Below, piece after piece: positions 1 through 10,279 of a DNA stretch of 64,000 nucleotides. A model generated the notes under the pieces. It had not been told where the DNA came from and ran no database searches. It saw nothing but the letters and a program-made list of their open reading frames with translations. Position 1 is the stretch's first letter, and each line of letters starts with the position of its first letter. This stretch comes from Anaerolineae bacterium. Its GTDB lineage: Bacteria; Chloroflexota; Anaerolineae; UBA1429. The DNA is taken from the NCBI GenBank assembly GCA_963675785.1, contig OY776562.1:2784001-2848000 (forward strand), given 5' to 3'. The position numbers were made by a program, and so were the translations under genes.

Positions 1-334
1 CGGCAAGCGCGTGCGGGTTCGTGTCAAGAAGAACAAGGTGGCTCCTCCGTTCAAGGTGGCTGAGTTCGATATCATGTTCGATCATGGCATTTCCCGAGAG
101 GGAAGTTTGCTTGATGTTGGTGTCGACAGTGGTGTGATCGTCAAGCGAGGCAGTTTCTACTCGTATGGCGAGACACGGCTCGGCCAGGGTAGAGAGAACG
201 TCAAGACGTTCCTCACCGAGAATCCGGATATGGCTGCTCAGATCGAGCAAGACGTTCGGGTGAACCTTGGATTTTTGGGCGCGCCTGCTGACGATGGCGA
301 CGATGATCAGATTACTGAAGCAGACGAGGACTGA
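1..334 (+). CDS. recA: Recombinase A, 3' part (truncated at window start)
   Basis: KNKVAPPFK, GISREG, SYGETRLGQGRENV motifs of the RecA C-terminus; acidic tail; followed by recX. Confidence 0.97.
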   Translation, partial: GKRVRVRVKKNKVAPPFKVAEFDIMFDHGISREGSLLDVGVDSGVIVKRGSFYSYGETRLGQGRENVKTFLTENPDMAAQIEQDVRVNLGFLGAPADDGDDDQITEADED

Positions 335-561
335 TTCGATCTGTACTGATATTCGTTGCTGATCAAGGCTGGGCCCCAGCCAGCGCTGTACGTAAGGCGC
401 GTGATTCCGGCGAGGGGTGGCCTTAACGTATCTGTAGACATATAACAGAACGGAAGGCAAGCAAAGGTCGTTGACCTGCTGCCAGTATTCATCTATCTAG
501 CCAGTATCACTGCACTCTACAACAGTTGCTAGCGAGGTGTAGCATGTGCTACGCCCCGTGG

Positions 562-590
562 GCTGTGGCCTCTGCGCCACAGCTTTTTTT
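562..590 (+). terminator. Intrinsic terminator between recA and recX
   Basis: GCTGTGGC-6 nt loop-GCCACAGC followed by T7. Confidence 0.75.
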
Positions 591-613
591 GTTTATCGGA
601 ACAGGCGATCAAA

Positions 614-1255
614 ATGCCGCAGATCACATCTCTCGTCGTACAACGACGAAATCGCGGTCGAGTGAATGTTTACATCGATGGCAATTTCGGATTCGGCCTG
701 GCTGTAATCTTGGCCGCAACCTTGCATATCGGGCAAGAGATTTCAAAAGAAGACATAGCCGAGCTGCAAGAAAGAGATGCTGTTGAAGCAGCATACGAAA
801 AATGCTTGAACTATTTGAGCTACCGCCCCCACAGTCGTCAAGAGGTGGAACGGTATCTCGCCAAAAAAGATATTCAGGATAGTACCGTCGAAGAGGTTGT
901 TGAGCGCCTTGAACGCCAACACCTGATCGACGATCGGGAATTCGCTAGATTCTGGGTCGAGAACCGTGAGACCTTTCGCCCGAGAGGGCGTTACGCTCTT
1001 CAATACGAACTCTGGCAAAAGGGGGTATCCTCTGATGCCATCGATGCTGCCTTGATAGATGTTGACGAAGAAGCAAGCGCGCAACGCGCCGCCGAGAAAT
1101 ATGTCCGGCGTCTTGTCGGCCTTGATAGGGATACCTATTACAGGCGCCTTCTGAGTTATCTGCAGCGTCGTGGGTTTGGATACGGGGTGTCTCGTCAAAT
1201 AGTTGACCAGCTTTGGTCCAAACTAGATGACGAGGAGGGGACCAACCCGGACTAG
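614..1255 (+). CDS. recX: Regulatory protein RecX
   Basis: LNYLSYRPHS, LIDDREFA, ELWQKGV, YLQRRGF motifs; directly downstream of recA. Confidence 0.93.
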   Translation: MPQITSLVVQRRNRGRVNVYIDGNFGFGLAVILAATLHIGQEISKEDIAELQERDAVEAAYEKCLNYLSYRPHSRQEVERYLAKKDIQDSTVEEVVERLERQHLIDDREFARFWVENRETFRPRGRYALQYELWQKGVSSDAIDAALIDVDEEASAQRAAEKYVRRLVGLDRDTYYRRLLSYLQRRGFGYGVSRQIVDQLWSKLDDEEGTNPD

Positions 1256-1300
1256 CGGGTAAAACCCGATAATGAATAGAATTTAGAAAGGATCTTAAGA

Positions 1301-2830
1301 ATGGGACCGTTTTGGAGTGCAGCAATTGCCCTCGTTGCTGCTGTAGCAGCATACTTGGTGGGATACACAGTCCGCTTGGGTGGTATCAACAAGAAAGCCA
1401 CGCTGATCGAAACTGAAGCGGAGACCCTGCTTCGAGATGCGAATTCCAAGGCCAAAGAGATTGAACTAGAGGCCCGCAACAGCGCACTTCGCATCAAAGA
1501 AGAAGCCGAGTCTGAAGCCCGGCAAAGACAACAGGAAGTTGCCCACCAAGAAGATCGTCTTCAGCAAAGACGTGAGAATCTAGATCGGCGCTTTGATGCG
1601 CTTGAAGCTCGTCAGCACAAGATGGAAGACCGTAAAAAGAGCCTCGATTTGCGTCAGCAAGAACTGGATAGTGCTTGGGAAGCGCATATCGCTGAACTAG
1701 AACGCATTTCGGCCATGAGCCGTGATGAGGCGCGTGAAGTGCTTTTACAGCGTGTTGAGGACGATGCGCGCATTGATGCTGCCCGCATTATGCGGGAGAT
1801 TGAAGCTGAAGCGCGTGAGACAGCTGACAAAAAGGCAGAAGAGATTGTCTTACAGGCAATTCAGCGTGTCGCCACAGATGTTGTCGCAGACAGAACAGTC
1901 TCGACGGTTGAACTGCCCAATGATGAGATGAAAGGTCGCATTATCGGTCGCGGCGGACGAAACATCCGCGCTATCGAAAATATCACCGGCGTCGACCTTG
2001 TTATTGATGATACGCCCGAAGCCGTGCTTCTTTCGAGCTTTGACCCCGTCCGGCGTGAAGTAGCACGAATTGCGCTCACACGCCTTATCAGTGATGGTCG
2101 TATCCACCCCGCCCGTATCGAATCCACCGTGGAAAAGGCCCGTCAAGAAGTTGAGACGGTTATCCGCGAAGAAGGCGAGCGCGCGGCCTATGATCTGAGC
2201 ATCCATCAGTTGCCCAAAGAGCTTTTACATCTTCTTGGTCGGCTCAAGTATCGAACCAGCTATGGGCAAAATGTTCTCAAGCACTCTATCGAAACAGCGC
2301 AACTCTGCGCGGTGATGGCCGCCGAGCTTGAGGCAGACGTTGAAATGGCCAAAACAGCCGGTCTCCTTCATGATATTGGCAAAGCGGTGGATCACGAAGT
2401 TGATGGGCCTCATGCTATAATCGGAGCAGAGATAGCCAAGCGCCATAACCTGCCCGACAATATCTGTAACGCCATCGGCAGTCACCACGGCGAAATGGAA
2501 CAGTTAACAATGGAAGCCGTGATCGTTCAGGTTGCCGATGCCATTTCGGCGGCACGTCCTGGTGCACGCCGTGAATCGCTAGAGAACTATATCAAGCGCA
2601 TCAAATCTTTGGAGCAAGTCGCGAATTCGTTTGAAGGTGTTGATACGTCATACGCAATTCAGGCTGGTAGAGAAGTACGCATCATCGTCAAGCCCGATCA
2701 AATAGACGATCTTGCCGCAATGCGTCTATCCAAGGATATTGCTCGTAAGGTAGAAGAGAGTCTGCAATATCCAGGACAGATCAAGATTACTGTAATCCGA
2801 GAAACAAGGGCTTCTGATATCGCCAAGTAG
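1301..2830 (+). CDS. rny: Ribonuclease Y
   Basis: N-terminal TM, coiled coil, KH domain ([14 protein letters not shown]), HD domain (LLHDIGK), C-terminal [10 protein letters not shown]. Confidence 0.97.
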   Translation: MGPFWSAAIALVAAVAAYLVGYTVRLGGINKKATLIETEAETLLRDANSKAKEIELEARNSALRIKEEAESEARQRQQEVAHQEDRLQQRRENLDRRFDALEARQHKMEDRKKSLDLRQQELDSAWEAHIAELERISAMSRDEAREVLLQRVEDDARIDAARIMREIEAEARETADKKAEEIVLQAIQRVATDVVADRTVSTVELPNDEMKGRIIGRGGRNIRAIENITGVDLVIDDTPEAVLLSSFDPVRREVARIALTRLISDGRIHPARIESTVEKARQEVETVIREEGERAAYDLSIHQLPKELLHLLGRLKYRTSYGQNVLKHSIETAQLCAVMAAELEADVEMAKTAGLLHDIGKAVDHEVDGPHAIIGAEIAKRHNLPDNICNAIGSHHGEMEQLTMEAVIVQVADAISAARPGARRESLENYIKRIKSLEQVANSFEGVDTSYAIQAGREVRIIVKPDQIDDLAAMRLSKDIARKVEESLQYPGQIKITVIRETRASDIAK

Positions 2831-2935
2831 AAAATTTATCTGAGACTTCCTATTGATTGCACCTTGCCTGACTGCGTCAAGCCATTGCAATAATCGGTCC
2901 TTCATCCGAATGCAATCTTGAGGGGAGCGTCTCAC

Positions 2936-3196
2936 ATGGAAATACTCAAAGTCTCCGCACGATCCAGGTCAACCGCTGTGGCTGGTGCAATTGCAGGAGT
3001 CATCCGCGACACGGGGCGCGCAGAAGTACAGGCAATTGGTGCAGGGGCCGTGAACCAGGCGACCAAAGCTGTGGCAATTGCCAGAGGCTACCTTGCACTT
3101 GAAGGGATTGATGTCATCTGCATACCATCATTCGCGGATGTCACCATCGGGGATCAGGAACGAACAGCGATCAAGCTCATTGTTGAGCCTCGCTAG
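2936..3196 (+). CDS. spoVS: SpoVS-family protein
   Basis: MEILKVSARS...VAGAIA...QAIGAGAVNQATKAVAIARG; ATG at 2936 after GAGGGGAG. Confidence 0.93.
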   Translation: MEILKVSARSRSTAVAGAIAGVIRDTGRAEVQAIGAGAVNQATKAVAIARGYLALEGIDVICIPSFADVTIGDQERTAIKLIVEPR

Positions 3197-3353
3197 AGCC
3201 AAAACTGGCCACTTTTGTTCTCTGAACATCATCAACAAAGACACAACTGCACTTGATGCGTATCTGCCAGAGTTCGATGGTAACGTATCATTGGTTGTCT
3301 GTGTGCTCATGCAGAACGTGTTTGTTTTAGCCAGGGCCGTGCCACACAAAAAG

Positions 3354-3391
3354 AAAGAGGCTATCATGATAATCATGACAGCCTCTTTTTT
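3354..3391. terminator. Probably bidirectional terminator between convergent spoVS and ricT
   Basis: AAAGAGGCTATCATGA-TAA-TCATGACAGCCTCTTT with flanking A/T tracts. Confidence 0.75.
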
Positions 3392-3424
3392 AGCAATACT
3401 GCCTGCCACGAGTCCACTATTTTT

Positions 3425-4588
3425 CTAGTCGGTCGCGGTATCGTCCTTTTGAACTCGACGGGGCGCATTGTTACGATTGGATGTTTTCCTCCGTCTCGGG
3501 CTTCTGCTCAAGTTTTTCCTGGTCTCATCGTTGGTATGATGATCCGGCTTGACCGATGAACTTGGACGTTGCTCCCGTAAGGGTTGTGCATTGCCCCCAT
3601 CTGATCGTGTATTTGAACTGGGTCGACGTCGGTGACCTGCGTTTCTACGAGTCTCCTCGCTAGAACGCACCAAGTTCTCATCACCAGAAAACTCGTCCTC
3701 ATCCAAATCTTCGCGTTCACTTTCAGCATAGTTCAAAGCCTTGCGAACTGCTGAAACCGCCCCCGGCCCTTCTGGAATCTGGATATCCTCTTCGCCATTA
3801 AGCTGAGCCTCTGTCACCCGTAGGCGAGTCCCATCCTCAAGCTCTATCTCAGCCAACTCTTTGACAATATTGAGCCCGATAACGCGAGCTGGCCCTATAG
3901 ACGTTTCGATGTACTTGCCCACCTTGGGAAAACGAGAACGTACTTCTCTGTAAACTTCGTTCTCGTAATTCAAGCAACAGAGAAGCCTTCCACACAGTCC
4001 CGATATTTCGAGCGGCGTCAAGGGCAAGTTCTGTGTCTTGGCCATGCGAATGGAAACAGGACAAAACTCGTGCATCCATGTCGAACAGCACAACTCACGA
4101 CCGCATTTGCCAATCCCGCCAATCATTTTGGCCTGGTCGCGAACACCTATTTGCCGCAGTTCGATGCGGGTACGAAAAACCCGAGCTAGGTCTCGCACCA
4201 ATTGGCGAAAATCAACGCGGTGATCCGAAGTGAAGAAAAAGGTCAGCCGAGAACCATCAAAACTGTATTCGGCGTCCACAACTTTCATATCGAGGCTAGA
4301 TTTGATGATCTCTTGGTCACAACGTTCAAGAGCCTCGGCCTCACGCAGACGATATCTCTCTGTGATTAAGAGATCATGGCTGGTCGCTTTACGGACTACT
4401 TCTTTGAGCGTGCCAACTATTTCGCTTTCATCGATCTCGTGAATCCCTTGCCGAATCTCGCCAATTTCTTTGCCTCTGGCCGTCTCGACGATGACGCTCT
4501 CGCCAATCTCGATCTCTTCCAAGGGGCCAGGAGCGAAAAAATACACTTTGCCCGTGCCTCGAAATTTAACCCCACATACAAGCGGCAT
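3425..4588 (-). CDS. ricT: PSP1/RicT (YaaT) family protein with a basic disordered C-tail
   Basis: RVDFRQLVRDLA, RIELRQIGVRD, CGRELCC, SGLCGRLLCCL Fe-S motifs; downstream of holB. Confidence 0.9.
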   Translation of the reverse strand: MPLVCGVKFRGTGKVYFFAPGPLEEIEIGESVIVETARGKEIGEIRQGIHEIDESEIVGTLKEVVRKATSHDLLITERYRLREAEALERCDQEIIKSSLDMKVVDAEYSFDGSRLTFFFTSDHRVDFRQLVRDLARVFRTRIELRQIGVRDQAKMIGGIGKCGRELCCSTWMHEFCPVSIRMAKTQNLPLTPLEISGLCGRLLCCLNYENEVYREVRSRFPKVGKYIETSIGPARVIGLNIVKELAEIELEDGTRLRVTEAQLNGEEDIQIPEGPGAVSAVRKALNYAESEREDLDEDEFSGDENLVRSSEETRRNAGHRRRPSSNTRSDGGNAQPLREQRPSSSVKPDHHTNDETRKNLSRSPRRRKTSNRNNAPRRVQKDDTATD

Positions 4589-4610
4589 GTACAGCCGTCC
4601 TCTCTATGCG

Positions 4611-5582
4611 CTAACTCGCCAACAACGGAAGCCTTAACAACAATACCTCCATGGCTAGGCGAGGGTTAACGTTCTGTCCCAATTGTTCCAGAGTCTCTTC
4701 TATCTGGCGCTCTGCCTGGTCCGCATCTGCGGCATCCAGGTGTTGGCCCTCTGAATCAATCAGTGTTGCCCAATCGATATCAACTGCCAGTTTCGGTTTG
4801 CCGACGCTTGCCACCAAGACATCATGCCACCATCCCTGCCAAAATCCCAGCACCTCTTCAAGATCGTCTGTTTTTGCCAGCTTTTCGGCTGCCACAATTC
4901 TATCCGCTGGCATAGAACGCAGAATGCTCATCAGCGCTTTTGTTCTCTCTGCTCTCTGCTGCACCAAAGAATCGTCCTCTGCGGCCAAAAGTGCCCAGCC
5001 TATACGTCCTGCAGCCATGCTCGCCAATTTCGTTGCTTGTTCAGGCGCTATACTGTAACGCTCCGCAAGTGTCCGCTCAATCACGTGCCCCGATACAAGA
5101 CGCAAACCAATATGCTGGCAGCGCGATACGACAGTTGGCAAAAGCAGGCTTGTATCTCGTGCTGTGAGGATGATGATAGCACTCGCTGGAGGTTCTTCCA
5201 GTGTTTTGAGAAGCGCGTTTGCAGCTTCGGTCGTGGCAGTTTCGAACTCGGTGATAATACAAACACGATGACTGGACTGATAGGGCTTGAGCGATAGCTC
5301 GTGCTGTGCGTTGCGTATCTGCTCGATACGAATTGTGCCCTTATCGGGCGCAACCACAGTCAGATCCGGATGGGCCCCAGCAAGAATCCCCTTGCAACTT
5401 GAGCACATCTTACAAGGCGCATCAACCTCACGGCAGTTGATGGCTGCCGCAAGTTCCTTCGCCAAATGGCTTTTGCCAATACCTGTAGGACCAGTAAAGA
5501 GAAAAGTGTGCGAAAGACGCCCACGCTTGAGACTATTGCTCAGCAACTCTACGGCCCAGTCGTGCCCGATCGTCTGCCACAT
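4611..5582 (-). CDS. holB: DNA polymerase III delta' subunit
   Basis: GPTGIGK, Cys4 zinc motif, AANALLKTLEEP, LLPTVVSRC. Confidence 0.92.
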   Translation of the reverse strand: MWQTIGHDWAVELLSNSLKRGRLSHTFLFTGPTGIGKSHLAKELAAAINCREVDAPCKMCSSCKGILAGAHPDLTVVAPDKGTIRIEQIRNAQHELSLKPYQSSHRVCIITEFETATTEAANALLKTLEEPPASAIIILTARDTSLLLPTVVSRCQHIGLRLVSGHVIERTLAERYSIAPEQATKLASMAAGRIGWALLAAEDDSLVQQRAERTKALMSILRSMPADRIVAAEKLAKTDDLEEVLGFWQGWWHDVLVASVGKPKLAVDIDWATLIDSEGQHLDAADADQAERQIEETLEQLGQNVNPRLAMEVLLLRLPLLAS

Positions 5583-5706
5583 CGAATAGTAGGCCTTGCT
5601 TTAGATGCTGTACTCGGTGATTCTACCATGCTGACCCCTGCTGCACAAATAATCAGCGCATCCACGCCTGTGGTATACTGGTTTTATAAAGTGAAAAGAG
5701 GTACTT

Positions 5707-6204
5707 GTGAGCCAACATCGGCCATCTATCGCTTTTAGAATACGGCAAAATCACGCCTTTGAACATGCCACATTGCATATTGCTTCAAAACATGGCCTTA
5801 GGCACCGCTTGGCCGGCATTTCCTATTGGTCTGGCTATTTGCTACTAGGCCAGGTTAGCACTTCTTTTGTACAACTTGCGGCAAATGAAGCACTACAATC
5901 ATTGAAAAACGGCCAAAGTGAATTAGCCATCCACTCTCACTGTGGAACCAATGTGGCCGCCACTGGCCTTATCGCCATTCTCGCCGCCCTGCTTTCTTGG
6001 GAGGCATGGCAAAATCTATGGTTAAGATCCCTCGGTATTGCTGCAGGATTGGTGCTCTCTGTTTTTGTTGGCCCCGATTTAGGAACAAGCATGCAAAAGC
6101 ATGTCACCACGACGCCTCATGTCGAGACCCTTGAAATAAAGGGCCTTTGCCGTTTACAGATAGGAAAGCTCGTAATCCATCAAGTCCGCACGGAGGCTCG
6201 CTAA
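5707..6204 (+). CDS. Conserved membrane-associated protein (DUF6391-like)
   Basis: RQNHAFEHAT and AIHSHCGTN motifs, two TM helices; stop abuts the holA start. Confidence 0.6.
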   Translation: MSQHRPSIAFRIRQNHAFEHATLHIASKHGLRHRLAGISYWSGYLLLGQVSTSFVQLAANEALQSLKNGQSELAIHSHCGTNVAATGLIAILAALLSWEAWQNLWLRSLGIAAGLVLSVFVGPDLGTSMQKHVTTTPHVETLEIKGLCRLQIGKLVIHQVRTEAR

Positions 6205-7266
6205 ATGCCGAACGTTTATATTCTACACGGAGAAGAAGAGCTCTTGCGCACTGAAGCATTAGGGCGGCTCCGTCGCAAAGTAGCTGTAGAAGGCATGGGC
6301 GAACTGAATATCGTTACTTTGAACAGCCGCGACATCTCTGTGCGTGAGCTAAAAGACATCTGCAACACTATGCCCTTTCTTGCCCCGCAACGCCTGGTCA
6401 TTGTCGAGGATATGTTAGGCCAGTTTGACGCAGCAGATAAAAAATCAACGGGGATAAAAGAGAGTTCCGATTCTGCCGAGATTATTGATTATCTGAACCA
6501 AGTTCCGCCCACAACCCTGCTGGCTTTTGTAGAATCCCACCCACTAAACAAAGGGAATCCTATCCTCAAGGCCGCATCCGCCAACAAAGAATGCTGTCAG
6601 GTCCAACAATTCGGCCAACTGGATGCCAGAAGGGGTCAGGTTGAAAACTGGATTAGCGAACGATCCGCCCAAAAAAGCGTTTCGATAGATGGTTCGGCGA
6701 TTGCATTGCTTGCCACAAGCGCTGGAAATGATCTACGCCGAATCGATCAAGAGCTGGAAAAGCTGGCAGCCTATGTGGACTATAACGGCACCATAGATCG
6801 CGAATCCGTACAAAAACTGGTGCCTCCTGTGTTCGAGGAAAAGATATTTACTCTTGTAGACGCGCTAGGGCAGCGCAACGGCAGAACAGCGACCCGCATG
6901 TTGGAGGAATTTCTGGAAAATCGTGTCAATGAGCTCTATTTACTCACCATGATTGCGCGCCAGTTCAGGCTCATCATCGGCACCCAAGATCTGGCCAGCC
7001 GCGGCGCAACACCTGCTGAAATTGGCAAACAGCTCAATGCCTCTAGTCGGAATGATTTTGTGGCGCGCAAACTGCTTCAACAAGCGCATCTGTTTAGCCC
7101 AGGGGAGCTCATACGAGTGCAAGAGATGATCCTGGCAACGGATCAAGCTATAAAAACCGGCAAGATGGATCCAACGCTAGCCATTCAAACATTGGTGATA
7201 TCCATCTGCGCTCATCGTAGGCAAGGCAATACTCAAAAAGCCAAGAGTTCGGCCCGTACCCGCTGA
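6205..7266 (+). CDS. holA: DNA polymerase III delta subunit
   Basis: VYILHGEEE, TMPFLAPQRLVIV, ELEKLAAY, IFTLVDA, DQAIKTG. Confidence 0.92.
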   Translation: MPNVYILHGEEELLRTEALGRLRRKVAVEGMGELNIVTLNSRDISVRELKDICNTMPFLAPQRLVIVEDMLGQFDAADKKSTGIKESSDSAEIIDYLNQVPPTTLLAFVESHPLNKGNPILKAASANKECCQVQQFGQLDARRGQVENWISERSAQKSVSIDGSAIALLATSAGNDLRRIDQELEKLAAYVDYNGTIDRESVQKLVPPVFEEKIFTLVDALGQRNGRTATRMLEEFLENRVNELYLLTMIARQFRLIIGTQDLASRGATPAEIGKQLNASSRNDFVARKLLQQAHLFSPGELIRVQEMILATDQAIKTGKMDPTLAIQTLVISICAHRRQGNTQKAKSSARTR

Positions 7267-8279
7267 GCCAACTTTTGTTCGTTCTCATCGCCGCACATCA
7301 GATCAAGGTAGAGCTGTAGAGGGTTAACCAATGGTAGACCCTGATGAACTTGTTTTCCCGCTAGCACGACCTCATCGTAGGGTTGAAAAACAAACACTAC
7401 CGTCTCCCCCTCTTGACCAAGCCCTAAATGGCGAGCTGTAAGATCCGGGGGTTGATCGGCATAAATTGCCACCATACCCTGCAATGAAACATCCGGTAGA
7501 TAAACAGAAGCGGCCGTCCACAACGTTGTCGCAAAGTCTACATCTGGGTTCAAAGCTAAACGTGCCAAAAGCCCCGCAGCACTTTGGGCAGTACGATACA
7601 TGCGATAAGAGTTGCGCATCAGATCATACGTCTCTGAAAGTGCATCCAACAGAGCCTGGCCATCGCGCAACGTCAAACCGGAACGCCCTTTGTGAACCCA
7701 GCCTGCTTCTGCAAAACGGCTCGAGGCCGTACTTGCCAACCCCAAACTCGTCCCCGAAACCGCAGCCAAGTCTCGCATCGTCCAGCGGCGTTCTGGCTCT
7801 AATAAGAGAGTACGAACCAATCGTTCGGCTTTGCCCGCAAGAATTCTCGACTCTTCCTCGTCTTCCACATCCGGAACAACCCGGGGGGGCTTTTCAATGT
7901 AAAAATAAGCTCGTGGTGTTTGCAACAGTGCGTTCCCATCGAGCAGTAAATAACATATATGATGATCTGAGCACAGCTGCCTGGCATCCTGAGATAGAGA
8001 AGGTGCAATAATCGTCGGGAATAGCGTCTCGGCGCTATCTCGTCTGGGAAGGCTCTCCAAGTCCTGGATCAGCCGAGATATCTCATCCGCCTCGTAGGCG
8101 TTCATCGTTGTGCATTCCAAATCAATGACTAGCTCTTGATCTCCCAGTGAGACGCGCAAAAGAAACCCAAAGGGGCCCAAAGCACCTTCGCGTACCTGCT
8201 TGATCCCGCGAAATTTGAGCTGAGGATAGAGGTCGGGAAACACATGAAGAAACTGATCCTGCAAGCCACGGTTGGTCAA
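7233..8279 (-). CDS. AbiEi-like (type IV TA antitoxin / transcriptional regulator) protein
   Basis: HTH (WTMRDLAAVSGTSLGLAS) and C-terminal VNPLQLYLDL motif typical of AbiEi_2-like proteins. Confidence 0.6.
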   Translation of the reverse strand: MTNRGLQDQFLHVFPDLYPQLKFRGIKQVREGALGPFGFLLRVSLGDQELVIDLECTTMNAYEADEISRLIQDLESLPRRDSAETLFPTIIAPSLSQDARQLCSDHHICYLLLDGNALLQTPRAYFYIEKPPRVVPDVEDEEESRILAGKAERLVRTLLLEPERRWTMRDLAAVSGTSLGLASTASSRFAEAGWVHKGRSGLTLRDGQALLDALSETYDLMRNSYRMYRTAQSAAGLLARLALNPDVDFATTLWTAASVYLPDVSLQGMVAIYADQPPDLTARHLGLGQEGETVVFVFQPYDEVVLAGKQVHQGLPLVNPLQLYLDLMCGDENEQKLAQRVRAELLAF

Positions 8280-9076
8280 CTTGCATCCTCCTGAAGCCGC
8301 AAATCCCGAAAGCGCGTCATATAATCGTGGCGAATGCTGCTATCCTCAATGCGTGCCATATCAAGAACAGCCCTGATGACCTCTTGGTTGTCCTGATTGG
8401 CTATTTGCAACGCAAACCCAAGCGGATCAATGATGGCAGAGCGCATAATCTGCAGTGGATTGCCCACATTGCAGCCCACCACAAAACAACCCGTCTCTGC
8501 TGCCCTAGAAACAAGATGCGCCCCCATGACAGGCACCTTCCAGGTGTCGCCACCGGCACCATAAAAGCCTTGCATGATCACCTGTACGCCGCGATCCAGA
8601 AGATAGCGGTATCCCTCTGGAAAGCGCAGATCATAACATATCTGGAGTCCCACTTTGATTCCATTGATCTCGAAAATCGCAGGATTCTTGCCGGGTGTAT
8701 AATAGGCCACATCACCAGGGGTGAGGTGTACCTTGTCATAATAAGCCTCTATCTCACCTCTGCTTGAAATCGCAAAAGCTCGATTGTACCAGGCCGAACC
8801 CATAAGCGTATCTGCTCCGACGACAGCCCAAATACCCCGCTCGGCACAGCGGTGCTGAATAGTCTCAATAGCGCCCTGGATATTGTCCCACTCCTGGGGC
8901 CTGCGCTGCACACCAAGCTCGGGACTATAGCCGCTGACGCAAGTCTCGGGAAACACAACCACTTCGATCCCTTGGCACGCACTAGCATCAATTGTTTCGA
9001 GAATGTTATCCAAATTCTCGCCAACATTGCCAGATACGCCAATTTGTGCAGCACCCACATAAAGAGTTCGCTTCAT
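8276..9076 (-). CDS. Carbon-nitrogen hydrolase (nitrilase superfamily)
   Basis: VVVFPE, YDKVHL, QICYDLRFPE (Glu-Lys-Cys triad). Confidence 0.92.
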   Translation of the reverse strand: MKRTLYVGAAQIGVSGNVGENLDNILETIDASACQGIEVVVFPETCVSGYSPELGVQRRPQEWDNIQGAIETIQHRCAERGIWAVVGADTLMGSAWYNRAFAISSRGEIEAYYDKVHLTPGDVAYYTPGKNPAIFEINGIKVGLQICYDLRFPEGYRYLLDRGVQVIMQGFYGAGGDTWKVPVMGAHLVSRAAETGCFVVGCNVGNPLQIMRSAIIDPLGFALQIANQDNQEVIRAVLDMARIEDSSIRHDYMTRFRDLRLQEDAS

Positions 9077-9222
9077 GTCTCTCCTAATGAGACTTTATTC
9101 GAAGCGATTCTACCACGTGGGATTGAGCGCTTCAAGCTCTCTAGTTTGATCAGCTAGACTTGCGCAGACGTCCTAGCTCTCTTATGATCTCGATTATCTC
9201 AACTATTGCTAGGGAGGTAGCC

Positions 9223-10212
9223 GTGAATTCGCGTGAGATTGTTCAACGCACTATAGAATTCAGTGAACCTGAACGTATTGCTGCTTCATTTCCGCTGCCT
9301 TACTGGAATGACATGTGCCACAGTCGTTATACGCTACCCGGCTTTTCGCGTGATTGGCAACCAACTACTTTGGGGCGCCAGGAGTATATTGATGAGTGGG
9401 GCAACACTTGGGGCAGAGTTGATTCTACTAGCAAAGGCGAAGTCATTCGGGGCGCCCTGGATGATTGGGCCGACCTGGAAAAACTAAGCCTTCCGGACCT
9501 GGCTAATCCCTCTCACTTTGAGCGAGTTCGACAAATATGCTCGGCCCCCGATAATGACGAGTGGCGCATTGGGAGCCTGCCCGGATTTCCTTTCAATATT
9601 GCTCGCAAAATGAGGCGCCTTGACGCTTTTTTGATGGATCTCATTACTGTGCCCGACCAAGTTGACATCCTTTTATCCCGAATTGAAGCCCTGCTCAGCT
9701 CAACCATTATTCAGTACGCACAAGCCGGCGTTGATTGTGTCATGTTCCCCGAAGACTGGGGCACACAGCAATCTTTGATGATCAGCCCTAAAATGTGGCG
9801 TAGGGTGTTCAAACCAGGATTTACGCGGCTTTGTGCTACTGCACACGAGAACGGGATCAAGGTTTTTATGCACTCGTGTGGCAAAATTACGGCTATCATC
9901 CCAGACCTCATCGAGGCTGGCATCGATGTTCTTCAATTCGACCAGCCGACACTTCATGGTATCGATACGCTGGCAGAGTTCCACGGGAAAATCACTTTCT
10001 GGTGCCCGGTCGATATCCAAAGAACACTTCAAACTCACGATGAGGACCAGATACGCGCCGACGCCCGATCAATGGTTGAAAAGATGGGGAGAGAAAACGG
10101 AGGATTCATCGGCGGCTATTACAGTGACAATGCATCGATCGGCCTAGATCCGCATTGGCAAGATGTAGCCTGCCAGGCCTTTATGGAGTATGGTAACTAT
10201 TATCGCAACTGA
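9223..10212 (+). CDS. Uroporphyrinogen decarboxylase-like / MtaA-CmuA family protein
   Basis: DEWG, EDWGTQQSLMISP, MHSCG, IDVLQFDQ; GTG start at 9223 after GGAGG. Confidence 0.85.
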   Translation: MNSREIVQRTIEFSEPERIAASFPLPYWNDMCHSRYTLPGFSRDWQPTTLGRQEYIDEWGNTWGRVDSTSKGEVIRGALDDWADLEKLSLPDLANPSHFERVRQICSAPDNDEWRIGSLPGFPFNIARKMRRLDAFLMDLITVPDQVDILLSRIEALLSSTIIQYAQAGVDCVMFPEDWGTQQSLMISPKMWRRVFKPGFTRLCATAHENGIKVFMHSCGKITAIIPDLIEAGIDVLQFDQPTLHGIDTLAEFHGKITFWCPVDIQRTLQTHDEDQIRADARSMVEKMGRENGGFIGGYYSDNASIGLDPHWQDVACQAFMEYGNYYRN

Positions 10213-10279
10213 CTGGTACTATCTAGCCAGAGTGTCATTATTCTTTAGAGATGCTTTGGCTTTTTGTTTGTGAGGGAAA

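Noticed and set aside
2936-4588. spoVS and ricT (PSP1, 'stage 0 sporulation') as evidence of sporulation
   Set aside because: Both families are widespread in non-sporulating bacteria; no spo0A or sporulation sigma factors in the window.
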